From contig JADFLR010000004.1 of NCBI GenBank assembly GCA_022564295.1, positions 11,840 to 75,839 of the forward strand: a stretch of 64,000 bases of DNA. Direction: 5' to 3'. A program made the translations under genes and the position numbers. The notes under the pieces were generated by a model. That model ran no database searches and was not told where the DNA came from. It worked only from the letters and a program-made list of their open reading frames with translations. Of the stretch, positions 55,695 to 64,000 are shown piece after piece; position 1 is the stretch's first letter; each line of letters begins with the position of its first letter. The stretch is from Bacteroidota bacterium (lineage in GTDB: Bacteria; Bacteroidota; Ignavibacteria; Ignavibacteriales; Ignavibacteriaceae).

Positions 55695-57475
55695 TTAAAT
55701 GAAAAATCCCTCTCAATATTTTTAATAACTTCAGCCCAATACTTTTTACGCATTTGTTTGGAGGAAATTGAATCGGTTAAAATTTCGAGAACTGCAAATG
55801 ATTTTTTTTGAAGAGAATTGATGAGTTTAATTTTTAATTCTTTTTCGTTTTTTATTAGATGATGTTCAAGTCCGAATGACTTAACAATTGGAGCAATATT
55901 AAGATTATGTGGTGTTTTAAAATACGTTTTAAATTTATTGTTTGAAGAAACCGGAAGCATTTCGAAAATACCTCCCCCATTATTGTTTATTAAAATTACA
56001 ACAAGAGGAATAGAATATTTTTTTGCGGGAAGGAGAGCATTTAAATCATGTATAAAAGAAAGATCGCCTGTAATTAAAATTGTTGGTTTTTCTATTGATG
56101 TAATTCCTAAAGCAGTGGTAGTTACACCGTCTATTCCACTTGCACCGCGGTTAAAAAACAGTTTCAGGTTTTTATTGGTCTTCCCAACAAAGTTATCAAA
56201 ATCGTGAATTGGCAAGCTGTTGCCTACCATTATTTTCGTGTTAGAAGGTAAGATTGAAATTAATTCAGAGAAAACTTTTGGTTCAATCTCAAGATTTGAT
56301 TTTTTTAATAATAATGTTTTTATCTCTTTGGTTAATAACTCCACTTTTTTAAAGTTCTTTAACCAATTATGACTTCTTTTAAATTTGTTTTCTATTAAAA
56401 CCCGAATGAGATTTTCACAAAAACTTATAGGATTAAATTTTAACACTTTGGATGTTTTTGATGGATCGAATAAATCTCCGTAATCATTAATGATAAATCT
56501 AAGCGGTTTCGATTGTTCAAGATATTTCTCAAGAATTGCAGAAGTAAAAGTTCTTCCGAACTGTAATACAATTTCAGGTTTGTTTTCCGTTATAAAGTTA
56601 TTCGAACGTAAAAATGCATCGTAATTAGTGCAAATAAATTCATCTGATTTTAAGTTTCTAAATCTCAAATGTGATACACCATCTGCCAAAACCGGATAGC
56701 CCGTAACCTTTGAAAGCTGCTTTATATTAGAAATAAATTTTGGATCATATTCTTTAGGACCAACAATTATCAGTCCTTTCTCCTTTCCGATTATGTTTTC
56801 TGCAATTTTATTAATTCGTTTTGTTTCTCTTTTGGATAAATTTCCATTCCCGTTAATGTTTGCTACCGGAGTGATGCAATTCTTTATTACCATCAAAATT
56901 TCATCCCCAACTTCATCTGTGAATGAATCTGGTTCAAGCGGTTTACGGAAAGGGAAATTTAAATGAACAGGACCTTTATCTCTTATAATACTTGTTTCAA
57001 ATGCTCGTACAGCAATCTTCTGTAAATTGATTATTCGTTTAACAGAAAGCTGCGGTAATCCCAAATATTTAAACCATCGTATATGATTTCTATATAAATT
57101 CCATTGGTTAATTGTTTGATTGGCTCCAGTGTTTAATAATTCAGGCGGTCTATCAGCAGTGCAAATTATTAACGGAATCCTCTGTTGATATGATTCAATA
57201 ATTGCAGGATAAAGTTCTGCCGTCGCAGTTCCAGAGGTTGTTACAATTGCAACAGGAAGACCGCTTGCCTTTGCCAATCCTATGGCGAAAAAGCCGGACA
57301 CTCTTTCATCGATATGCACAAAACATTTAATCTTTTTTTGTTCTGCAAAAGCAAGTGTAAGCGGAGTGCTTCTTGAACCGGGTGAAATGCAGGCAAAACG
57401 AACTCCTAATGTACAAAGTTGGTTTACAAATGCTTTCGCCCAAATAAAATTTTTATTAACCTTTGTTTTGTTCAT
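55691..57475 (-). CDS. menD: SEPHCHC synthase (ThDP-dependent)
   Basis: 594 aa with an N-terminal CISPGSRSTPL and the ThDP motif GDLSFIHDLN...NNGGGIF. Confidence 0.9.
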   Translation of the reverse strand: MNKTKVNKNFIWAKAFVNQLCTLGVRFACISPGSRSTPLTLAFAEQKKIKCFVHIDERVSGFFAIGLAKASGLPVAIVTTSGTATAELYPAIIESYQQRIPLIICTADRPPELLNTGANQTINQWNLYRNHIRWFKYLGLPQLSVKRIINLQKIAVRAFETSIIRDKGPVHLNFPFRKPLEPDSFTDEVGDEILMVIKNCITPVANINGNGNLSKRETKRINKIAENIIGKEKGLIIVGPKEYDPKFISNIKQLSKVTGYPVLADGVSHLRFRNLKSDEFICTNYDAFLRSNNFITENKPEIVLQFGRTFTSAILEKYLEQSKPLRFIINDYGDLFDPSKTSKVLKFNPISFCENLIRVLIENKFKRSHNWLKNFKKVELLTKEIKTLLLKKSNLEIEPKVFSELISILPSNTKIMVGNSLPIHDFDNFVGKTNKNLKLFFNRGASGIDGVTTTALGITSIEKPTILITGDLSFIHDLNALLPAKKYSIPLVVILINNNGGGIFEMLPVSSNNKFKTYFKTPHNLNIAPIVKSFGLEHHLIKNEKELKIKLINSLQKKSFAVLEILTDSISSKQMRKKYWAEVIKNIERDFSFK

Positions 57476-58859
57476 GGAATAAATTTAGGATTGTGTTGAA
57501 TTTCATTTCAGTTTCAACGTACTCTTCTTCGGGTATAGATTCTTCGACTATCCCGGCTCCGGCATAAAGATGAAGTTCACCCTTTTTGTAAAGCGCAGAT
57601 CGGATAGCAACAGCAAACTCGCAATTAAAATTAATATCTATCCAACCAATCAATCCTGAAAATAATCCTCTGTCAAATTTTTCTATTTCATTTATTGTAT
57701 CACGAGCAATTTGTTTCGGTAATCCACAAACAGCTGGAGTTGGAAACATAGAATCGATTAAACTTAAAACATTTCTATCTTCATTTAGTTTAGCGTTTAT
57801 TTTAGTATAAAGATGTTGAACATTTTTTAGCTTTTTTATCTGAGGGGATGTATCAACTCTTATATCATGAGCATACTCAGATATTGCTTCGCCTATAAAA
57901 TCTATTACATACTTATGTTCTTTAATATTTTTTTTATTGAGTAATTCTGATTCAATATCAGTACTGTCTCCTGATGCTGAACCTGCAAGTGCATCAATTT
58001 CGATATTGTTATCACGTACACTTAAAAACTTTTCAGGCGATGCACCAAAAAAAGCAGCTTCATTCGATTTGACCATGAACAGGTAACAGTTGGAAAATGT
58101 TGTTTCTAATTTGCGAAACATTTGAGACCAATCTATACCATCTTTAACTAATAATTCTATTCTGCGCGATAAGACTATCTTCTTTAAATCGCGGTCGAAT
58201 TTTTTCTTTGCTTTTGTAACTATTGTATTCCATAGTGCTTCGTTATTATTAATTTCGCCGTTGCTATCGTAAATAATATTTTTCTTAACTGTCCCTTCAT
58301 TATCTAAATTAAAAATGGCTGAAACAGATTGGGTAAAGTTAACTGCAATATTTTCATTGTTGATTTTTGAATTCGCCTGAAAATTATATATAAGAAAAGT
58401 TTCATCTTCTTTTTGAAGGATGATAATTTGCGGAACAAAGAAATGGATCGTTCTAAAATTATTCCATTCTTCGGAAGACTTTTCAGAATCAAATTTTATT
58501 CCACCCGAAATAATGGGAATATTATTAATATTATAATCCGACCAATTGCTGACTAATTGTGATTTTAATTTTGAAATATCATGTTCAAGTGAAAGGATAT
58601 CCTTTTTATTTGATGATAATTCAATCAGGCAATTAAGAGCTACGAATGAATAGCCCTCATCAAATTTTTCGAAGAAGAGAAATTCATCATAATTATCGTT
58701 TATTAAATTTAGTTTTGCAATGAGATTGATTTTATTAACAGGTAATACGAAACTCACCACCGAGCCATCTAATATATTTTGTTCATTCTTGCTTATGAAA
58801 GAATATAAATCATTAGCTGCCTGTGATGCATCGGTAAATTTTGTTTTGGCTGTATTCAA
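57456..58859 (-). CDS. menF: isochorismate synthase
   Basis: 467 aa with a chorismate-binding C-terminal region: PTPAVCG, RGLFSGLIGW, AVAIRSAL and YAGAGIVEESIPEEEYVETE. Confidence 0.9.
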   Translation of the reverse strand: MNTAKTKFTDASQAANDLYSFISKNEQNILDGSVVSFVLPVNKINLIAKLNLINDNYDEFLFFEKFDEGYSFVALNCLIELSSNKKDILSLEHDISKLKSQLVSNWSDYNINNIPIISGGIKFDSEKSSEEWNNFRTIHFFVPQIIILQKEDETFLIYNFQANSKINNENIAVNFTQSVSAIFNLDNEGTVKKNIIYDSNGEINNNEALWNTIVTKAKKKFDRDLKKIVLSRRIELLVKDGIDWSQMFRKLETTFSNCYLFMVKSNEAAFFGASPEKFLSVRDNNIEIDALAGSASGDSTDIESELLNKKNIKEHKYVIDFIGEAISEYAHDIRVDTSPQIKKLKNVQHLYTKINAKLNEDRNVLSLIDSMFPTPAVCGLPKQIARDTINEIEKFDRGLFSGLIGWIDINFNCEFAVAIRSALYKKGELHLYAGAGIVEESIPEEEYVETEMKFNTILNLFHEQNKG

Positions 58860-58896
58860 TTAATTCTTAATTAATAAATTCAAAAATAAAAAATAA

Positions 58897-59853
58897 TTAG
58901 AAATGTAAATCTTCCTCAATGGTATCCAATATTCTTAAATAACTATCATATCTTTCAAACGCAATTTCACCTTGTTCAACTGCATAAATTACACCACAGC
59001 CCGGCTCATGATAATGAATGCAGGTATTAAATTTACAATTACTTAAATACTCTTCGAAATCGGGGAAGTAATGGCTAAGGTCTTCCTTTTTTATTCCATA
59101 AGGATCAATTTCTCTTACACCCGGCGTATCTATTACAAATGTATTTTCGTCAATAGGAATCATAATGCTCGTTACAGTAGTGTGAACTCCTTTTCTCGTT
59201 GATTCGCTAATATCACCGACTTTTAAATTTAATTGCGGAAATAAAATATTAAGAAGTGTTGACTTACCTACACCCGATTGTCCCCAAAACAAAGTAATTT
59301 TATTTGGCAATATTTTTTTTAAGTCTTCTATTCCATTCTTAGTTACGGCACTTGTTACGATAACAGGATAACCAATTTCTTCATATAAATCTGCCCAGTT
59401 ATTAATTTCATCATTAGTGTTAAGATCGGATTTATTAATTACAATTACAGAATTAATATGTGCACTTTCGGAGGCAACTAAAAATCTATCTAAAGTTTTA
59501 TTATTAAACTCAGGTTGATGAACACTGCTGGTAACGATAATCTGATCAACATTTGAAGCAATAATTTGCTCAAGACGTTCACCGCGGTAACTTGCACCTT
59601 TAGTTTTCGGAGCTTTGCGTGATAGATAGTTTTTTCTTTCTTCTATTGAATGAACTACACCGCCGTTACTGTTTGCTGCCTCGAACTCAACCGTATCACC
59701 AACAGCGGCAATATCAGTTAAATATAGCTTATCTTTTTTTAGAGCAAATTCTTTTTTGAATTTTCCCCGAAGGGTACAGCGGTATGTTTTATTCTGATTG
59801 GTAAGAACATAAAAGTCCTTGCTTTCTATTTTAGTTATCAGTCCTTTGATCAA
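58897..59853 (-). CDS. rsgA: ribosome small-subunit-dependent GTPase A
   Basis: Circularly permuted GTPase with VINKSDL, then GQSGVGKSTLLN, and a C-terminal zinc knuckle CKFNTCIHYHEPGCGV. Confidence 0.95.
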   Translation of the reverse strand: MIKGLITKIESKDFYVLTNQNKTYRCTLRGKFKKEFALKKDKLYLTDIAAVGDTVEFEAANSNGGVVHSIEERKNYLSRKAPKTKGASYRGERLEQIIASNVDQIIVTSSVHQPEFNNKTLDRFLVASESAHINSVIVINKSDLNTNDEINNWADLYEEIGYPVIVTSAVTKNGIEDLKKILPNKITLFWGQSGVGKSTLLNILFPQLNLKVGDISESTRKGVHTTVTSIMIPIDENTFVIDTPGVREIDPYGIKKEDLSHYFPDFEEYLSNCKFNTCIHYHEPGCGVIYAVEQGEIAFERYDSYLRILDTIEEDLHF

Positions 59854-59978
59854 TTCCTCAAAAAATTTAAATGAAAGATAACAAAAAATATTAACGAATA
59901 AGTTTTATCGCAATATTAAAAGAGAGGCACTTCTAAAAATAAAGTGTGATCGAATGAGGGTATCTTCCTAACAATAAC

Positions 59979-61439
59979 TTAATTTAGGCTTGTAGAAATG
60001 CTCAAAACCACATTTTGAACATTTACATCATGCAGAGTTCTTGATACGTTTGAGCCGTAATTATCGCTGAAATTTTTCCACCAGCCGTAAGCATAAGCAA
60101 CGTCTATCTTAAAAACATTTCCTAACATTAATCCAATACCTGCTGTTAAATATTTTTTATCGAAGTCAGTAGGGTCTTCTGCATAAGGCGATTGAATATA
60201 CATTACACCAATACGTCCCCATATAGGTAAGGAAGGAATTTTTACTTCGGCACCTGCATTATATGTAACTGCAGTTCGAAAAAGATCAGTAATTTCCTTA
60301 TTACGTTCAATTCTGTATTGAGTTCCCAAACCTTCGGTAAATTTCATTTGAGTGTAATCGATTAGTTTTGCTTCGCCGCTTAAAGTTAACATTGATACTT
60401 TAATCGATGCACCGGCACTATATTCAAAAGGAGTTTTAATTTCATATTCAACTAAATCTATAATCGGTTCCTCCAATTCGAAACCGGTACCGTTACTAAA
60501 TTCGCTTGATACATTTACATAATAGCTTTCTTTAATAGTATAATAACTGGGAAATTTTACAGTAGCACCAAATTTGAAGAAGTTTTCCCAATCATATAAA
60601 ACACCAAGTTTAAAATCCCAGCCGCTTATATCCCAGTCTATAATATCGTTAAAATAAAATGTTTGGAAATCTTTTGTGGAAGCATCACCCGGAACGAGTT
60701 CAATATCGTTACCATAAATATCTTGTGTATCATCTTCATAATAGTCTCTGTCTCTTTTATAACTCCCACTTAAAATGTTAAAAGTCCCACCAATAAATAA
60801 TCCTTTTGCAACTTCGTTTGCAACTGCAAAAGACCAATTGCCTATGCTTCCTTCGGTTCTAATTCTTCCGCTTTGATTTAGTAAACCGTTTATTAAAGTT
60901 GTATCTCTTAAATAGCTTTCAGTATTTGAATCAATAATTTCATAAGCTAAACGGATATCGTTTGTTAGTGGTATTACATCATTAATATCGCCCGTAAGAT
61001 GTTGAACCATTGATGTATTTCCCTGATTAAAACCATCAAATTCGGTAATTGAATTGAAATCTTTTACCCTGCTGTAACCTAAGGAGAAGACAAGACTTCC
61101 CCTGACTGTGGGAACAGGAAAGACAAATCCAAATTGATTAAGATTAACCGTAGTTTTTAGTGCATTTGAATTGTTTCCTAAAAATGAAACCGTGTTATCA
61201 AAAGAATTAGTATTTAAAGTAACCGATAATCCAAACTTTTTTGCTAATCCTAATCCTGCGGGATTAAAAAGTACTGCGGAGTAATCATCACTCAAAGCTA
61301 TAAAACTATTTCCCATTCCGAGGGCCCTGGCGCCGGTATAAAGACCCGGTTCACTTAAAAGCAATGCATCATTGAAATTCTGTGCTGAAGAGAATGCTCC
61401 AAAACTTAATACTGTAATTATTATTATTCTAAAATTCAT
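59979..61439 (-). CDS. outer-membrane beta-barrel protein, FadL/TodX-like
   Basis: 486 aa with a signal peptide. The N-terminal GARALGMGNSFIALSDDYSAVLFNPAGLG resembles the FadL/OMPP1 hatch motif. The sequence has an alternating beta-strand pattern throughout, and its start overlaps the upstream gene stop (ATGA). Confidence 0.65.
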   Translation of the reverse strand: MNFRIIIITVLSFGAFSSAQNFNDALLLSEPGLYTGARALGMGNSFIALSDDYSAVLFNPAGLGLAKKFGLSVTLNTNSFDNTVSFLGNNSNALKTTVNLNQFGFVFPVPTVRGSLVFSLGYSRVKDFNSITEFDGFNQGNTSMVQHLTGDINDVIPLTNDIRLAYEIIDSNTESYLRDTTLINGLLNQSGRIRTEGSIGNWSFAVANEVAKGLFIGGTFNILSGSYKRDRDYYEDDTQDIYGNDIELVPGDASTKDFQTFYFNDIIDWDISGWDFKLGVLYDWENFFKFGATVKFPSYYTIKESYYVNVSSEFSNGTGFELEEPIIDLVEYEIKTPFEYSAGASIKVSMLTLSGEAKLIDYTQMKFTEGLGTQYRIERNKEITDLFRTAVTYNAGAEVKIPSLPIWGRIGVMYIQSPYAEDPTDFDKKYLTAGIGLMLGNVFKIDVAYAYGWWKNFSDNYGSNVSRTLHDVNVQNVVLSISTSLN

Positions 61440-61852
61440 CGTCTGTTCTTCCTTCCACCATCATTTCTTCCACCTGGGTTTCTACTATCATCTTTTATCC
61501 TATCATTGCTTGGTGGTTGAGTAACATGATTTCGTCTTTTACCGGGGTTTCTAATATCATCTCTTTGTGGTGGTGTAACAGGATCTCGTTTTTTACCTGG
61601 GTTTCTTATTCCATCTCTTCGTGGTGGTGTAATCGGTCGTGTTTTGTATTCAGGTTTTACTGGATTTGTTGGTGGATATGGGAGAGGTGCTTGTACTAAA
61701 ATGGGTTCGGGTGCAGGATAGCAAATAATAACTGGTATTGGTTCGTGATACACATAAGTATCATTATTCTCCGGCACAAGAAGTTGCGTGTAACATCCAG
61801 TTAAACTAATAGCGGCAATTCCAAACAATACTATAGATAAATGGTTTTTCAT
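61436..61852 (-). CDS. Pro/Arg-rich repeat lipoprotein
   Basis: 138 aa with the lipobox AISLTGC followed by YTQ. The tandem units are TPPRRDGIRNPGKKRDPV and TPPQRDDIRNPGKRRNHV, with the tail RNPGGRNDGGRKNRR. Confidence 0.65.
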   Translation of the reverse strand: MKNHLSIVLFGIAAISLTGCYTQLLVPENNDTYVYHEPIPVIICYPAPEPILVQAPLPYPPTNPVKPEYKTRPITPPRRDGIRNPGKKRDPVTPPQRDDIRNPGKRRNHVTQPPSNDRIKDDSRNPGGRNDGGRKNRR

Positions 61853-61874
61853 TTTTCTATCCTCCCCTTAATAA

Positions 61875-63107
61875 TTATCTGCTTCTCCTACCACCACCAT
61901 TATTCGATCCTCTTGAAGTAGTGCGTGGTGATGAAGTGGTTCTGGGTGAATTATTTCTCCTTGGCGGTGAATAAGACCTTGGCGTATTTTTCCTTGTATT
62001 CCTAGGCGGATTATAGCTTTTAGTATTTGTCTTCCGCTTTGGTGGTTTATAAGTGTTTTTTGTTGTTTTATTCCTGTTCGAAGTATTTCGTTTAATCGGC
62101 TTATACTTTTTTGTTGTTTTATTTCTGTTAGTGTTTGTATATCTCTTAGTATTATTCTTTACAGTCTTTTTGTTTTGGTTATTCTTTTTGATGTAAGGAT
62201 TTTTTGTCCGGGTATTCTTGTTTGTTTTAGTTGTAAACTTCTTTGTATTGGTCTTTCTCGTTCCTCTAATTTCGGTATTCGAATTTCTCGCGCCGGAAGT
62301 AAATTTTTTAGTTCTCTCTATGTTTTTTGTGCCGAGCGTTTTTTTAGTTTTGTTGCGATTAATCTCGGTTCTTTTACCAGTAAGTGTAGATTTTGTCTTC
62401 TTTCTTTCAGTAACAGTTTTGTTTTTATTTGATGAGTTAAGAGAATACAGATCTCTGTCCTTCACATTTTTACGATTCGCGTTCCGGATTTTTGTATCCC
62501 TTCTTACTTCTAAGGTTCTTCCTTTTGTGTTTGAGACTAAAGTTGGATTTCTCAACTGATCTCTTCTTCCATTCCGGTAACCTCTTCCGCCACTATTTCT
62601 TATTCGTGATACATATCCTGATCTTGTTTTGTAATACGGATTCTGATACCCACTATAGTAACCTGCCTGATATCCATGATAAGAATAATAGACAGGATAA
62701 TAAACCGGGTAATAATATGTTGGGTAATAGCAATAGCCGGGGTAATACGTATAGCACCATCCGGTATACCAGGGATAGTAGTAAGAATAGCCGTAGCCGA
62801 AACCAAATGAAATGTTTACAGAAGGATAATAATCATAATATGAACCGGAGTAAAAGGGATTATAGCCATAATAATTATTTATTATTACTTCATCATCATC
62901 ACCTTCAGAGTAATAATAATTCTCTAAAGTGTCAGTTTCATCAAAATAACCTCCCTCAACTGATTCCTCTCCTTCATACACAAATTCATCATAAGATTTG
63001 TCAGATGAATAAGAATCATCTTGTGTGGCTACCTGCGTGTAACATCCTGTTAAAAAAACAGGCAGAATTGCAAATGTCAATAAATTTTTGGTTATTAGCT
63101 TTTTCAT
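61875..63107 (-). CDS. lipoprotein with an acidic/Tyr-rich N-terminal half and an extremely basic Lys/Arg/Asn/Thr low-complexity tail
   Basis: 410 aa with the lipobox FLTGC followed by YTQ, the same junction as the next gene. It contains YSYYYPWYTGWCYTYYPGYCYYPTYYYPVYYPVYYSYHGYQAGYY. About 230 aa of RNKTTKK/NTRKNT-type sequence follow, ending GGGRRSR. Confidence 0.65.
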   Translation of the reverse strand: MKKLITKNLLTFAILPVFLTGCYTQVATQDDSYSSDKSYDEFVYEGEESVEGGYFDETDTLENYYYSEGDDDEVIINNYYGYNPFYSGSYYDYYPSVNISFGFGYGYSYYYPWYTGWCYTYYPGYCYYPTYYYPVYYPVYYSYHGYQAGYYSGYQNPYYKTRSGYVSRIRNSGGRGYRNGRRDQLRNPTLVSNTKGRTLEVRRDTKIRNANRKNVKDRDLYSLNSSNKNKTVTERKKTKSTLTGKRTEINRNKTKKTLGTKNIERTKKFTSGARNSNTEIRGTRKTNTKKFTTKTNKNTRTKNPYIKKNNQNKKTVKNNTKRYTNTNRNKTTKKYKPIKRNTSNRNKTTKNTYKPPKRKTNTKSYNPPRNTRKNTPRSYSPPRRNNSPRTTSSPRTTSRGSNNGGGRRSR

Positions 63108-63292
63108 TTCATCCTCTCTGATATAATTAATAGCAATTTTGCAATTATTAAGCCCACTTCAAAAAGTGTAAAAACGTTAAAAATTTAAAGAAAATATGAA
63201 AACATTATTGTGTTTTGTACAAATCCGTAAACCAAATTGTATATTAAAGTGTACAATAAATATTGAGAACAAAAGCAATTATTAACGCTTTA

Positions 63293-64000
63293 TTAGAAAA
63301 TTGCCTGGATATATTCAATCCTTAGAGCTCGATCAGCAGAAGAGGTATTAATACTGCTGTTCTGTAATAAATCACGCAAATCAAATTCAAGCGTAAAACC
63401 GCTTCCCACACTCCAGCGCAATCCAGCATTCAAATATCCTTTTCCGCCTCCAAAATCTCCGTTGTTATCATTAAGTGCAAAGTTATATTCTAAAATGAAA
63501 GAGACTTGAGATCCGACCGTCTTTTCTAAGCCAACCATCAGATTTACAAAATTATCACCGTCCTTAATTTCAAGTGAATAATTACTTGTGGCGTGCAGTG
63601 CTAAAAATCCCCAAAGTGCAAAATTTTTACTTGTTGCAACAAAAAATCCTGGTGATTTTATTGCGTACCGATTTCGGCCATCAAAATATACTCCTTTACC
63701 CTGGGAGTCGAATCCCAAAGTAAGGGCGGGAATAGTTGCTGTTTCGTTTAATATTCTTGCTCTTACATTTATACCCGGCCATTTGTACCAATCGATTGAG
63801 CCGGTGCCAATTATATTTTCGCCGCCGTAAGAAATTCCAAAGCTAAGATTTTCGAAAACACCGACATCGAAATAAGCAATAACCACACCGCTTTGCATAA
63901 TATCAGCTGTAACGTTTACAATTCCTTTCTCTAACACGCCTGCCGAAGGCATATCGATTAAATACTTATATTCATATTTAGCTTTTTCGCCTGCTGTTCC
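63293..64000 (-). CDS. outer-membrane beta-barrel protein (N-terminus beyond the right edge)
   Basis: The frame stays open upstream of the first Met to position 64000 (..GTAGEKAKYEYKYLIDMPSAGVL). The sequence has an alternating beta pattern and the terminal ...RIEYIQAIF has an aromatic last residue typical of OMPs. Confidence 0.6.
   Translation of the reverse strand, partial: GTAGEKAKYEYKYLIDMPSAGVLEKGIVNVTADIMQSGVVIAYFDVGVFENLSFGISYGGENIIGTGSIDWYKWPGINVRARILNETATIPALTLGFDSQGKGVYFDGRNRYAIKSPGFFVATSKNFALWGFLALHATSNYSLEIKDGDNFVNLMVGLEKTVGSQVSFILEYNFALNDNNGDFGGGKGYLNAGLRWSVGSGFTLEFDLRDLLQNSSINTSSADRALRIEYIQAIF

Noticed and set aside
62175-63121. Plus-strand ORFs (62175..62432, 62218..62559, 62492..63121) and minus-strand ORF 62600..62806 within the Tyr-rich lipoprotein gene.
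   Set aside because: These are antisense or alternative-frame readings of low-complexity DNA. Only the 61875..63107 frame has a lipoprotein signal peptide and sits in an operon with coupled neighbours.
1-64000. Search by eye for CRISPR arrays, tRNA/rRNA/tmRNA genes, reverse transcriptases (retron or DGR) and toxin-antitoxin pairs.
   Set aside because: I saw no regularly spaced direct repeats, no cloverleaf-compatible GC-rich segments of 70-90 nt, no YxDD polymerase motif and no typical small paired ORFs. Absence by eye is not proof, so a covariance-model scan would be decisive.

Overview
This is a visibly AT-rich chromosomal segment. It most likely comes from a T9SS-bearing FCB-group bacterium (Ignavibacteriota or Bacteroidota-like), judging by the Por-type C-terminal sorting domains, tricorn protease, fused FtcD and frequent AGGAGG ribosome-binding sites. 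I saw no rRNA, tRNA or CRISPR array.

Core genes:
- sdhA and sdhB, with sdhB partial at the left edge
- a HisKA_3/LuxR two-component system
- dcp (M3 peptidase), ftcD, tricorn protease, two vWA proteins, asd, a C-N hydrolase and an aquaporin
- a complete menaquinone gene set (menF, D, H, B, A, C, E plus a thioesterase) and rsgA
- an outer-membrane/lipoprotein cluster at the right edge

Accessory and unusual content:
1. A mosaic region at 12.5-22.7 kb has no phage structural genes or integrase. It contains a lysis-cassette-like module (small TM protein, Amidase_2, coiled-coil bitopic protein, DUF1353). It also contains a trio of an LpxH-like metallophosphoesterase, a GH19-SH3-Cys/His peptidoglycan hydrolase and a membrane protein. 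An orphan Arch_ATPase-type ATPase is bracketed by hairpins. Two gene scars are present: an M19 dipeptidase 3-prime remnant and a 364-bp diverged duplicate of the dcp 3-prime end.
2. An 8.4-kb island on the opposite strand splits the men operon. It carries a single-chain type IIG restriction-modification enzyme, a 755-aa polytopic membrane protein, a 305-aa protein with a HEPN-like Rx4H motif and a DUF559 nuclease, interleaved with hairpin repeats. The 755-aa/305-aa pair and the phosphoesterase/hydrolase/membrane trio are my best candidates for an undescribed system.
3. Small selfish elements are present: a REP-flanked RAYT transposase frameshifted in an A8 run, a GIY-YIG gene embedded in hairpin repeats, and dispersed GTCATYCC-type hairpins.
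4. An 18-bp palindrome recurs in front of the two-component operon and two neighbouring operons.
5. One operon encodes an extremely Tyr-rich lipoprotein with a basic tail, a Pro/Arg-repeat lipoprotein and a FadL-like barrel.

All functional calls come from motif recognition by eye. No database search was run.
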